DNA of 64,000 nucleotides from Psilocybe cubensis (taxonomy: Eukaryota), in assembly GCA_017499595.2 (NCBI GenBank), contig CM039002.1:1488001-1552000 (forward strand), written 5' to 3'. A program made the translations under genes and the position numbers. Shown piece after piece: positions 39,255-52,511 of this stretch. How positions within the stretch are numbered: position 1 is the stretch's first letter; each line of letters begins with the position of its first letter. The notes beneath the pieces were generated by a model that was not told the DNA's origin, searched no databases, and saw nothing but the letters and a program-made list of their open reading frames with translations.

Positions 39255-41261
39255 ATCCAGATACCCCTAGAGTGTATATTTGACACCCTGTATTACTCAG
39301 TACAACGGATTGTCATCGCGGGTAGTCATTGGGTAGGTCCTATTTAAAGGTCCTTCGTAAATGCCAATCATACGGGGACAATTTAAGTGTCGATTCTTCG
39401 CACCTAATTCTGTACATTTGCAACTTCGCGGTTGATACTAATAGACCTTCGACTGCGGCATTCCCTGAACCCACGTCTTTGACATTGCGTAACATAGCTG
39501 GTTCAGTGGCATCAAGAACGGAGAACCCCGAATAAAACACGAATGAATGTGCAAGCCGCCAAACCCACGGGGTAAGAATATGAAAGGATAGAATATGAAA
39601 TTACGAAAGTTGTGTCTTGTTCACGGATCTCACAATTTGTGGTTGTAAAGGTTCAGATGATCCTTCAACGGATGGCACACATTCTCATTTACTTATCCCA
39701 TGATCGGGCCCTTAAAATGCCAATTAATGTGTTTGAATATGGCCTGATTCCATGAGATCCATAACAGACACGAACCAGCCTAGCGAGTTCTCCGAACAAG
39801 TCCAACGTGCTTAACAATGGCATTGGTGGACGCTCGTCGCTAGTAGATCATCTCGTTATATATCATCGCCTTTGGGAGGTCATAATTAATCCGCGCCCGA
39901 CGGCAGAGTTCGCAAAAGGAGGCATTCCTCAGCAGCAATAATTATAGGAGAAGGTCCGGAATTTTTCATTCATGGCATCAAGGTAAATTGCGAAGGGTAG
40001 AAAACCATCAGATGATGCTAAGGTGGAAAGATACCAAATTGAGGAAGGATAGAGAATGTGCTGGAAGATGTGAAACAAATCAATAGAAAAGTATCATAGG
40101 CAGCGTGTAATTCAATCGAAAGCTTTTCGCTTGAAGGAAGAAAATGTCCATATTGTGCGTTTATGTGTTCATCTGCTGTCATGAGGGTCATAGACTCTCG
40201 GGAACTCCAATACAAAGTTGGCGTAAAGTGACCCCGTAATTAGATCATGATCCTCCGCAGAATGTGGTGGAGTAGAACACCACATGTGCATCGAGGGAGA
40301 AAGGCAATTCCCAGACCAATGTCCCCAGATTCACAAGTAATACCTAGAACAAGGGTAAACCTGAAGTAAAGAAAGATGACACTCGATTGGCGCGGAGAGC
40401 CGTCGGTAGAAATCGTTCCAGAAGATTTTTAACCGCATACCATGCTCTGGTTCTGCAACGAGGACATCCATGCCCATATAGCTTGGATTGTACGGCCGGA
40501 GTCTAACTAGCAACATGGGCCGTGAGGCAGCGAGAAAATAGACTGAACGGTGTACGCCAAATCGCAGTTTGTACGACGGATTTATTCGCAAAAGGCAAGC
40601 GATGTGAAAGCCTGGTCAGTGCGTTCCTTGTGGCAGAAATGAAAAGAGTTAGGGCCATTGCAGACCAACAAAAGCCAAAATGCAGGGTGCTGGACGTAAT
40701 TAAAGCATAGCGCCTCCGACACGAGCACCGAACGTCGCTATTTTCCTCAAAATTTCACCATATGTTGACATAGACGAGGCCCGACCGTGCCAACATGATC
40801 CTGATGAATCGGCAGGACATATAGAGAACGGGTCTCATGACCGGGCTGGGGTTACCGGCAGGTTCCGAGGGTGAAAAATTGGAGGCCCGCAAGGGACGCT
40901 ACAAAGCTAGAGAAAAGTGGGGGGAGTTGGGAGAGAAAAAGAGGAGTTTCAGAGGATCTGGAGGGAGAGAGGGCAAGTTATAGTGGTGGTAAGAGGCGAA
41001 AAGATAAGGAGGATCTGAGATCTGCACGGCTCGGCTATGTGCACGATAACGGAATAAATATATTTTGATCCGGGATATGTTTATTCTAGAACGTTATTAC
41101 CCCACATTGTGTGAGATTGTGTGACACACTCGACGAACGGGCGTCACTTCTCTTGGTATTTGTTATAAGACACCGCATCGATTTCAAATGCATTCCCGGC
41201 TCTTCCAACAACTCTCATCCAACTGCTTTTTTCTCTCCATCTCACTCAATCTAGTTTTTGA

Positions 41262-43684
41262 ATGTCTACTGCTCTCACATCTACTACTCAAGATACACAG
41301 TACCCCCAGGAGATCCTCTACGCCATATGTGCTCAGCTGTACGCTTCCTGTTTGCTCCCAGATGAGCCTTCCCTCGACCCTCTCATTCACGTAGAAGGTG
41401 ACCTTGGGGTTCCTACCGCCCATCCATCGTCCGTACCTCCAGGTTACTGGCCTGAACCAGTGGTTCGTCGCACACTCGCCAACCTCTGTCTCGTCAATCA
41501 TGCCTGGTACCAAGCTGCAAAACCATGGCTCTGGCACAAGTGTGTCTTTTTCTTCATATATTCAAGGCCTTTGTTGACCTTTTTTCATTTCAGGCTTGAA
41601 GTCCGCTTGCCTCGCACTTGGCTATCTCTCGTCGAGGAGATCGCATGGAATTATGATGAGGAAACCGTCGATAGCGTAATGGGGAAAACCATTCAAGCGG
41701 CAACACAAGCTGCCATTGACTCCGCGCATGTTATTTCCAACCATGAGCAAGCGTTCCGCTTCGATGAAAATTTATTCAACAATTTGGATGCACCCGATGT
41801 TTCTATCAGTTTGGACCTACTTTCACCTGTCCCATCGCGAGACCCAAGTCCTCGTCGACTCAGGCCCAAGAGCAAGAGTCCTGCTCGGTGGAAGATCCTG
41901 AGGTCGATTAGCAACGCCATCCAGGATGTCATGAATACCAGAGCCCCTGGTGTCTACGGTATGTTTTGCATTTTTTTTTTCTTCATCGAATATTGACCAT
42001 ATCGGCTCTGTAGTCCCGACTCCCGAAGATCCTCGTCCTGGCCGCTTTGTCCGGCACCTTGATTTCAATCATTTCCGCACCATTGGTATGCGTCGCTCTG
42101 TAGAAGAAGGTGTAAACAGTCGCTTTGTAACTGGCGACCGAGTTCAAGCCGTGCTAAAGGTTTGTTTCGTCATATCACGTTTGGTTTTTTTTTCTGACCT
42201 ATTTTTGTACAGGAAATGCCAAATTTAACCGCATTTGGTGCGACGGAATATATGGACGGGGCATTGACTTTACCTGTCCTCAATGAATTGTTCCTGCGCG
42301 GCGCTCCTTCCGGCGGCAGAGGTCGCCCTACCCGCGGTCGTGCTCTTGTGGAGTTGCACGATATTGAAGAAGAAGACCGCGAACGTCGCAGAGAGTGCAA
42401 AGATATCGAGGCTGTCGATTTAACAGGTTGCGTCAGCGCTGTGTTCGTCAACGCATTCACCGACTTTGTAAACATGCACCTTCTTCCACCACCATCCGAT
42501 TCCGATTCCGAAGGAGACGAGGGTGAGAACGGTGCCCGTAGGATTCGTCAACGTAATCTGTATGAACCTCTTGTTTTCCCCGGTCTTCGACGGCTAGGGT
42601 TGCGTGGCGTCAAGTCCATTTTGCCTCAATTCCTGGGACCATTTGTGCTAGCATTCCCTCATTTGACGCACCTCGACTTATCCGGCACACGGGTCACTCC
42701 CGAAATTCTCGATTCATTGGGACAATCTTCGACACTGCGTCTCAAGTCTCTTGCCCTCGCTCGTTGTATCAAGCTTACCAGCGAGTGTATTACAAGTTTT
42801 TTGGTTGATTCCGCTGTCACTTCGGAATTAACAGAGCTCAACTTATATGGAGATATGTCGTACGGCTCTCCAATCGTCGCAGACGATTTGTTGAAGATCG
42901 TTACCTTTGCGCCATCCTTTGTCAACGGTAACTTGGTCTATCTTGACCTTTCAAGTACGCCGATGACTAAGGAAATTCTGCTCAAGTTCAAGCCGCAGCT
43001 AAAACTACGGTCTTTGGGTCTTTCGCATATACTTCATCTGGAACTCAAGGCAGTGGCGGAGTTCCTGAAAACCAAAGCGCCGAATGTCGAAATCTTGACG
43101 GTGGTTAACACCTCGCCCGAGTTGGACTGCGGACTTCGGCTACCTACTGCAGATGCCAGAAGTGCTACACGGCAGTCTTCCATTGCCTTGCATACGCAAC
43201 TAATCCGGCCGCTTTGCACTCCGCCGTCATCTTTCAGCATTATGCAATCAAGTTCATCTGCGCTGCCACCTCCGACACGGTTGCGTGTTGTCGAGTTGTC
43301 GACAGCTATGTTGGGAGCTCTTGGCGCTGGAGCCGGTTCTTGGAGGATTATCAGAAGCAAAGGGGGTCGTGGATGGTACGTCGATACTGCCAGCGCCTGG
43401 GTTGCTGAGAAAGGGTCAGGGGCAGGAAGTGTTCTTTGCAGAGACCTTCCGCCCTCTCATCTTTTCAGGATTGAAATGGAGAAACTTTCGGACGCGAATG
43501 GCAACGTTAGCAGTGGAGTTGGATGGCATGCAAGAAAGATGGAGGTTTGTCAATGTCCTCTTTGTTCCGACTGTATTTGATCGCTGACCATGGATGGCTT
43601 GATGTTTAGATCCTCCACGGTCACGGTATGCTTGGGCGCGAAGATGGTTTATACGGCGCAGTGTCGTTTGCGTACCAGGGCTAG
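41262..43684 (+). CDS. F-box-like / RNI-like leucine-rich repeat protein
   Basis: YPQEILYAICAQL...LANLCLVNHAWYQAAKPWLW (F-box-like); VRHLDFNHFRTIG; IEAVDLTGC; LRRLGLRG; LTHLDLSGTRVT; LKSLALARC. Confidence 0.82.
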
Positions 43685-44544
43685 AAGCGCTGGTGATTCG
43701 CCCAGCTTCCTTTCAACTTCCCTTATCCAGTCAATTCAAGGGAAGTAGGGACATGGTCCCGTTTGAAAAAACTGGCATATTCGCTGTGCAAACCGTAACA
43801 GATATAATCTGATGACGTTCTATCTGATTGACCTATCGGGTGTGCAGAACTGTGCCTCGAGCAAGGCTATGCTCACACGATGTTTACCTTTGCTAGATGA
43901 CTTGTGAAAGGATGTCATGACTAGCGCTCTTTTTTTCACACTTTTTACCTGGGTTATTGGTAACAAAACATGTATTATTATTTGGTATAATTGAATAATG
44001 GGATTTTGGTGGACTAAGCATGCGTTATGGATCGCATCTACATATGCTGATGTGAGGGATTTTGTAAGATGAGAGTAATTTAACTTGGTTTCATAGGCTG
44101 TTATCTAGGTTTCCATGCGGTGGGTAATTGGCATCCGCGTTTCGATGAACAGATATAAGCTCAACTAGAACAACTCTGCATGTAGAACTGTACTTGGATT
44201 TTAGTTGTAAATGTGACAGTAAGTCATTGTCCTGAAGTTCTAAATATAGACTGTTTACTTTTTAATATATTCTCTTTCCCACCTCATGCCTACTTCATGC
44301 CATCATCATGCCCCCTTCGCCGGTGGCCCCAGTAGTGTCATAGGAATGCTCTCCACACATGGGATCATAGTCCTGGTCCCTTGCGCCATACTGTAAGGGT
44401 CTGGTCGTAGAGAGCTATTGTTATGACAGTGTGGGCCAATACTTATGAACATCGCTGAGTGTGGTTATGAATTTGCTAGAACGCAGCAGGTAAACTAGTC
44501 AGTTTATTTTTAGCATCCAGTAGTTTGGGCCGTCACGATGCACA

Positions 44545-44551
44545 TATAAAA
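44545..44551 (+). promoter_or_regulatory. Candidate TATA box of VCX1
   Basis: TATAAAA followed by a pyrimidine-rich tract, about 105 nt upstream of the ATG at 44656. Confidence 0.5.
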
Positions 44552-44655
44552 GGGGTTGCATGGCTATGCGCTGTGGTTCCTTTCCCAAGTACTTCTTGCT
44601 CCCGGCCAGCAGTGCACTTTCCTCTCTGCCCGTCTCTTCCAGCGGCTATCCGACC

Positions 44656-47508
44656 ATGGCAGGTACAGGTCTTCCTTTAATTCCGTGGCCGCTTCGTTAC
44701 GTGGCGCACAGCTTTTCTCAATTACTTATATGATGGGCTTTGGTAGAAAATCTCAATTTATCAAGTCCAACTTCCAACGGGCCCAATTCGCCCGCACAGG
44801 GTGTCGCCTCAACATCAGGTGTCAACTCAGGCCCGCATAGGAGTAATAGCAACGTCTCGAGGTCGAGATTCCAACTTATGCGCCAGAAAACACGAATGAT
44901 TATGGAGCCCCCACATAAATTAGGAGAAACACCCACAGTAATGCAGAGTCTGAAAGCAATTTTATGTGCCTCTTGTAAGTATAATGACTTTTATGATTCA
45001 GAATCATACTCATTATTTACAGGGCTTAATGTTCTTCTCATATTTATCCCCGTATCGGTTTGTCGAACGAATTGTTAATGCAATATGACTTGTATACTTA
45101 CCCTATGGGTTTGATGATGACAGTGGGCGTTGCATTTCGCACTACCGCATTCTTTTGCCAACAGAGATACCATAATTTTCGTTTGTGAGTGGCACGCCTT
45201 TCATTGATCGACTCTGAATCCTCATTTGTTGCATATTAGTTTCGTTTTTGGCCATTATACCCTTAGCAAAAGTGGGTCCTAGTACGATTGTTGATACCCA
45301 ATTCGCTCATTTAGAGTCGACTTATTGTCAAGTTGTTGGGATTTGCTACTGAAGAACTTTCGCTAAGAGTTGGGCAGACGTTAGCTGGACTTCTCAACGC
45401 AACATTGGTGAGCCGTATCCTCAGGGTTTCTTTTAACTTGAAATAACGTAATCTCTTCTACTAGGGCAATGCGTAAGCTTTCTTGTTCGCAAATAGATAC
45501 TGATACATTTCTCACTATTTGCTTCAGCGTAGAACTTATCGTCGCTGTAAGCAAGGCGGCCTTTTTGTGGGATAATGTGACTGAAGTACAGAAAATATCT
45601 AGATCATTGCCTTGGTTCAATGTGAACTTCGTGTGGTTCAGGCGTCGTGTAAGTTGATGATTTTTTACTACGTCATGATGTTCTCGAAGAAGACTGCCAA
45701 ATCGAAACACGATCGTTTTTACTTTGTCATGTGTTACTGTCAAACGTGTGCTAATGTTTCTATTTTATGCTAATAGTGGTGGGATCCATCCTTAGTAATC
45801 TGCGTAAGCGCCCAACTGTCGCGCCTATTTCCTGATCGATGGATTAACCCTTTTGTCTTTCTTAGTTCTTGTTCTCGGGATGTGCTTCTTTGCCGGCGGC
45901 ATGAAGTACTCTGAACAAGGTTTCGGAATAAGTGCGTGTGTTTTTTTCCCTGGGATAGCCGCCCAAGCTTATGGGGAATCTGTGATAGGCGCCGTCCAAT
46001 TAAATTCATCCCTATTGACAATTAGTGTCATTGCTGTCCTTCTCCCTGCCGCTTTCCACTTTGCTGCGGACCCAGCGCTCTCAGATGACCAAGAAAAACA
46101 TGATATCTTGGCAGTTAGTCATGGCGTGAGTTATTGTTGTTTCTTCAAGTATCAATTACCATCTGAATATTACAACGATAGGTCGCCGTTATACTTCTGA
46201 TAAGTAAGCGCCCCATTGCTGCATAGTACTTTCATTGTAGTTGACTGATTGATTAACTATAAAACAGTCTACGGTGCATATCTTAGTTTCCAGCTATACT
46301 CCCATACTGCACTGTATCAAGACAAAGGGAAACACACCATTGTCAGCACTGGTTATGACTCGCCTAAGTTCAGGATGCAAGGCTTAAAAAATTTCCGCCA
46401 CCGTCACGATGACGTACATAGTACTGATATCGAATCGACTGCACAAAGACTTGGTGGCCCAGCATCTGTAGAGAGTAGTACAACTTTACACAATGGAGGA
46501 CCGCACATACAACAATTCGGTCTTGCAAGTCCTAATGGTAACAACTTGAATGTCGCTGCTGTAGAAAAGGCCCAGGAAAATGTAGAGGAGGAAGAGGAAA
46601 AGCCTTCTCTAAGCATCGTCGTCACTGTCGGCCTGTTAATAACCGTCACTATTGTAAGCTACTTGCATTGGTCCGTCAAAGTAATGACTAATAATATCTG
46701 GTCAACCAGTTGGTCGCGGTTACTGCTGAATGGTTGGTTGATTCTATAGACGGCATGACGAGCAACGGAAAAATCTCCAAAGAATTCGTCGGTATGATTC
46801 TGCTGCCCATTGTAGGCAACGCAGCAGGTCAGCTTCATCATGATTACGTTCAAGCAAACACCAAGGCTAACAGTTCATCGAATAGAGCACGTAACTGCAG
46901 TTACCGTGTCTGTTAAGGATAAATTGAACCTCAGTATTGGCGTCGCCGTCGGTTCCAGCATCGTGAGTACAGGGTGAATCATACCATAATACCTTCAGTA
47001 AACTAATGATTGTTCTTCATTGAATAGCAAATTGCACTCTTCGTCATTCCGTGCGTTTTATCCTCTGTATTAATGAAAGGGGTCTAATGAGCTTACTCTA
47101 CTTGCAGTTTCATTGTTGTTTTAGGGTGGATCCTTGGGAAACCAATGACCTTGCTGTTCGATCCTTACGAATCTGTGACCATGTTTCTGGCAGGTGTGTT
47201 GGGCTCGAGTAATTAGTAATTCACTGTCTCATCTCTCCTTCCCAGTTCTTACAGTGAACTACGTTGTTCAAGATGGCAAATCAAATTGGCTAGAGGGCTT
47301 TCTTCTTATGGGTAAGCTTTATAGCATTTCGTCTTATTTCAATAAAACTCCTTTGTTCATCCTACTCTATAGGTCTGTACTTTATCTTGGCAGTTACCTT
47401 TTGGTTCTATCCTGGTATGATTTCTTTTAACGCCGGGTTTTTGAAGTATCACTGAGAGATGTGCTCCAATTAGGCTCCGATCCTTTTGGGCTCCTTGATA
47501 AATGCTGA
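44656..47508 (+). CDS. VCX1: Vacuolar Ca2+/H+ exchanger (CAX family)
   Basis: LNVLLIFIP, FLAIIPLAK, ATEELSLRVGQTLAGLLNATL|GNA|VELIVA, GSILSNL, ILLPIVGNAA|EH, GVAVGSSI|QIALFVIP, DGKSNWLEG; many short exons. Confidence 0.92.
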
Positions 47509-47770
47509 AAATCTTGACATATATTTATTCCCCAAACCTTGCCCCATCTTGTTACCCTATTCGCATAACGACCATTCAGGCGAACATACTGTAGTAAACC
47601 AAGGGTATCCAAATTCATGTATAACGACATAGCACACAAACGTATAGTTTTGTTACTCGCAGATGATATACTTACTTTTCCATTATACCCATGTATTTTT
47701 AATATTTGTCATAGATTTCTTGTTCAATTCATCTTCATATAAACTTCCAAATGAGAAAGACAAAAAAAAG

Positions 47771-50700
47771 TCACAATTTTGCTTTTGCAGCAGAATCTTC
47801 AAGGGTCACTGCAGCAGCAGCAAGAGCAATCGTGTTACGCTCCTTTACTTTCGCGGCTATAAAACATCAGAGTTCAGCGTCAAAGAACCGAGTTGGTTGG
47901 GTGGGCTTTTACTTACTGAAGATAACCTTCTGGCCTTCTTTCCACATTTCTGTAACAATGGTTTCGCCAGGGTACACAACACCGGCAAAGCTTAGATTGC
48001 CTCATTAGACGAAACGAAGAGTGGCTGGTAAGGTTTAAGGCTGCGTACCGAACTTTGATATCTTTGTAAGGCCCAAAAGCTTTCAAGACATGCTTGCCCG
48101 CTATCCCCATTGAGCACAGCCCATGAAGAATGGGTTGGTCAAAGCCGCCAATGGCCGCAAACTCAGGAAGGATCTAAAGAAAACATCGTCAAGCCCATGC
48201 AGTGGTGGTATGGAACCAATGAAACCTACATGAAGAGGGTTAGAATCTCCACTTAGGCTGTGTTCATGATTCCTATCAGTAACGAGGTTTCGGAGACGCA
48301 TATACAAGGAGAAACTGACCGGTAGAGAGCGGCTTGGGATGTGCTAGTCTTCTCCTCAATTACAGCGTCTGGGCTGCGTTTGGGTGGTGTGTTGGCAGCA
48401 GAAGCAGCCCCACGATCTGGTATTATTAACGAAGTATAAGACCAATAGAACCAACGCTATGATGGCATGGATTCGTCTGACCGTTTCCATTACGTTTCCC
48501 ACCAAAGCCGCCAGCTCCTCGAATGAACACCGTTGACTGATTCTCAAAGATCAGTTCACCAGTATTTTTGTCCCTTGTTTCGATTATTGATGTAACCGCA
48601 GCTGCTTTGCCCTTGTCAAGGACCTCCAAGATTCTGTGCATTCCAAATTTATGAATAAGTGACGTGTGATGAAATGAGGGATAACTGTGAGCGACCTAGC
48701 CTCACTAACGAGTTCCCCAGATGTTGGAATTGGCCCCTTGATATTCAGGTACTGCTCTCCGTGCAACAGTTTGGCCTGTGAGATGAAACCAGAGTTAGAT
48801 CCCTCTACTAGCAGATATAAAAGTGGGAGCGCACAGGGTTGAAGTTAGGCAGCCAGTCAAGCGGGAGTGCTGCACTGCAGGCAAACTGGGGAATGACGCC
48901 GAACGTGGGCAAAGCGGAGAACTCGTCGTCTCCTTCAAAGGTCCATTTAAGCTCTTTCTCTGTAGCACCTATTCCAAGGTTGTAGAGAATCACGTCACGC
49001 TGTGAGATTTTGTGGTTAGCATAACGCTCTGGTGCGGGAAACAGTGTCTTGAACCTCAGTGTATGAATAGGGGACAGGATCTGCCACCTCTTTCTTCGCA
49101 TCTCGTACGAGTTGAGAGTCCTCTGGATCAGAGAAGGCATTTGGGTCTTTGAAGGAAGTCATTATGCTGTCAATCGGTCGTTAAAAGGCAAGGTAGTAGT
49201 TCGACGTTCAATGTTCAACCGTCCAGAAAGCGGGGAACGGATTCTGAGAAGAAAATCACATGCCAATTCCACCGATGACGCTCATCCAGAAACGTCTGAT
49301 TGCTGGAGTCTTAGACGTTGTGAGGTTCCGGCGCACGCATGGTTAAAAAAGTTTTTCACGAGATATCATTGATGGGAAGTGTCAGTAAGAGTGTTCGCCT
49401 CACTCAAAGTAATTTTATTATTTCCATACTGTACATCATTGTTCGGTAGGGGGTTGTATTGCATGTAGGAACCAGAGAACGATAACATTGGGATGATGCA
49501 TATTATACAAATAGAACAGAATATTGATAAAGGGTATGGATAGATATAATTACAGTTTCGCCTTGACAGCGTCGCCCTTGTTCCCAAAGTTCTCCACAAG
49601 CTAGTAAGATCATGTCAGTGACATTGCAAATCTGGTTAAAAATGCGACTAATACCTGTTGAATAGCTTCTTGTGTAGATGATGGATTAGTTGCGCGACCA
49701 TCATCTAAAAACATTTTTGTCAGAGATATTAGAAATGGTAAATGGGAAGAGGGCCTACCGAAGTTGGTGATATTACTCCACTTCGCGAAGACATCTTCGA
49801 TGGTATATGGCTTGTTTGTAGGGAAACCATATCCACCAGATCTCTGCCAACGTGTCTGAGCTGCCCATCCACCAAGGATTTCAAACAAGTCTCCGGTTGT
49901 TGATTCATTGTCTATGAGCAGGTCGCCGTCAACCTTTGGAAAAAAAAATGGAATGAGAGATTAAATAATACCTTTGCTGCTCAAGTATCCAACGATAGGA
50001 GCGATGAAGTCAGGCTAATAGATTCCTTAGAACTGATTCTTATAACTTTATTGCTGAATTTTCAAACCTTGAAAGCATCAACCATATCTTGGGGCCTGCA
50101 AAGTTTTTTTTATTTAATATAACGTCTTGACTTCAGAAATAAAATAACATACCAGATAGTGCTGGTCATGGCAGTACCAGCAGAGGGAGCAATTGCGTTG
50201 GCCAGAATGTTATACTTCTTGCCCTCAATTGCCAGAGTGCGGGTAAGACCAGTGATTCCGGCTTTTGCAGTTGAATACTATGGATGTTTCATCAGTCAGT
50301 GAGTTGACAGGAAAAAGCCAAAATTATTACGTTTGCTTGTCCGAAGTTACCGTCTAGGAAAGGCGTCAGGCGTGAACTGATAATCCAGAAAACAAAACGT
50401 ACAAATTCCAACTTGGGAGCAGGTAGTTACGATGCGTCCGTATTTTTGTTTTTGGAAGATAGGCCAGACGGCTTTAGCACACTAACAATTGATAAATATG
50501 ACATGTTCCCAAAAGGAATCAGTGGAGAAATACTTTGTAGGTTCCACTGTAAACCTAGGTGAGCACGCTAGTCATGAATATGTATAACTTTAAGCACGGA
50601 CCGAAGATGGACGGCAAGAACGATGTCCCACTCTTGCTCAGTCATAGCTTGGAAAGACTTGTCGCGCAAAATACCGGCGTTGGCAATGAGAACATGGACA

Positions 50701-52412
50701 GATCCAAACTTCTCCAAGGCGACCTGCACAATCTTCTCGGCATCTTCAACAGAGCACACGGCGGCAGCGGCCTTTCCACCGGCTATACGATGCCGTTGAC
50801 GAAAGAAAATTTTGTAAAGATAAAGGACTGCTTACCCTTGACAATTTCATCAACGACAGCGCCAGCTGCGTTGGCGTTGACATCGTTGACAACAACGTTG
50901 GCACCAAGCTTGGCATACATCAGAGCATATGCACGTCCCAGACCAGCTCCAGCTCCAGTGATGATGACAGTCTGTCCATCGAAACGAACGGCAGGAGATG
51001 CCTGAACGTTAGGAGGGAGTTTCTTCGCGGCCTCTAGTTTACCCTGTGGTGAGAGAGATCAGTATATAGATATTTTCCCTAAACCAGGGGAAATACCAGA
51101 GAGTCGACATCGGTCACGGCAGTTGGGCTATGATGTCATAGGTTAGACATATCTAGGCGATAAAACGGAAGGCGTACTAATATGGCTTGCTGAAGTCTGT
51201 CACTTCGTCCCATTTGGCTTTCACCTAATAAGAAAATCAGATGCACTAAGTCAATACTAATAGAATAATTACTTACAGCTGAAGGAGTAAAGCTATCATC
51301 AGTCTTGAAGATAGCACCGTTGCTCCTCTCCCATCGCACTTCAGCAATGAAGCCAGCCCCGACCTCGAATATTTTGCCGGAAGCATCGGGTCCGTCAGGG
51401 TGGGAAATAGCAGCAACGAAAGGTGCAACATAATCAGGCTACGATTTGCGTGAATATATGAAATGTGGAAGAGGATATAGGACGCACGCTAAGATTAGCC
51501 AACATTTCAGGAGGCATGATGGTTTCGGTCATGGCTGAAGCGGCCATCTATCAAAGAAGATTGGTCAAGTTGGATTCGCTAAACGCAGATATTGAAATGT
51601 GAAGAAGGACATACAGGAGCAATGACAGTAGATTTGATGTTATATTTAGCACCTTCACGAGCGAGCGTTTTGGTGAATGCAACCAGCGCCATCTTGGCCG
51701 CGCTATAGTTCGCCTGGCCGAAATTGCCTAATGATATTGATATACATATTAAAAAAATGAACCGCAGAATGTCAAAGTAAATGAAGAGCGCACCGTACAA
51801 ACCAGCAGCGCTAGCGGTGTTGATGACACGGCCAAACTTTTGCTTGCGGAAGAGGGGCCAGGCAGCTTTAGTGCACGCGAAAGCACCCTTCAGGTGGACC
51901 TCGGTAATCTGATCCCATTCCTTGTCAGACATGTTCTTGAATCTGAAGAACATTTAGTGTTAGGTTCAGATGCGCACTCTAGTTCAGACTGACCCCTTGT
52001 CTCTCAGGATACCGGCGTTGTTAATGAGAATAGTGACGGTTCCGAACGCGTCTACGGCGCTCTTGATAATGGCGGCTCCATCTGACACAGACGAAGTGTT
52101 GGCAACGGCCTTGCCTCCAGCTAAAGACCCGAGATCAGTGACTTGGACACAAAGCGGGTATTCTTAAATCTACCCACCGGCGACAATCTCATCGACAACC
52201 TTCTGCGCAGCGGCAGCGTTGAAATCGTTCACGACGACATTGGCGCCTCGAGAAGCAAAAAGGAGTGAGTACCTAGAATCAAACGCAGAACAACATCAGC
52301 CTCTCTTGTTCCAGCTGGAAGGGTCCAAATTATAGAGGAATACGTACGCCTTTCCAAGTCCTCCGCCAGCACCGGTAACAACGACTGTATGGCCTTTGAA
52401 AGAAGCAGACAT
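47771..52412 (-). CDS. FOX2: Peroxisomal multifunctional beta-oxidation enzyme type 2 (two SDR dehydrogenase domains plus hydratase 2); full-length fused form
   Basis: [27 protein letters not shown] and [66 protein letters not shown]-terminal AKL* PTS1. Joining the two halves needs the 387-nt intron 49167-49553. Confidence 0.9.
49550..52412 (-). CDS. Predicted short FOX2 product: dehydrogenase A+B only, ending in its own PTS1 (KAKL*)
   Basis: Exon 49600-49550 read without the next splice gives [25 protein letters not shown] follows at 49419-49414. Confidence 0.6.
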
Positions 52413-52505
52413 ATTATGATTATTTTTGAGGAAGGACAGGAGAGATGATGTGGAGAAACGGGGTGAAGATTCAGTTTATATCCGGACGCCGAACATGTGA
52501 AAAGC

Positions 52506-52511
52506 CCGAGG
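52506..52511. promoter_or_regulatory. CCGAGG core, candidate FarA/Ctf1-type fatty-acid response element upstream of FOX2
   Basis: About 95 nt upstream of the FOX2 ATG. The motif is known from ascomycete fatty-acid catabolism promoters; a hexamer can occur by chance. Confidence 0.3.

Noticed and set aside
39255-41187. 2-kb intergenic region with several 60-90 aa ORFs
   Set aside because: No recognisable domain, repeat, terminal repeat or consistent splice pattern; most simply ERG28 3'UTR plus the promoter of the F-box/LRR gene.
41188-41394. Overlapping upstream ORF before the F-box/LRR gene
   Set aside because: Its ATG is only ~20 nt after a TATA-like sequence and may precede the TSS; it cannot be supported without 5' end data.
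44701-44708. GTGGCGCA resembling a Crz1 calcineurin-response element in VCX1 intron 1
   Set aside because: A single short match with no second copy; compatible with chance.
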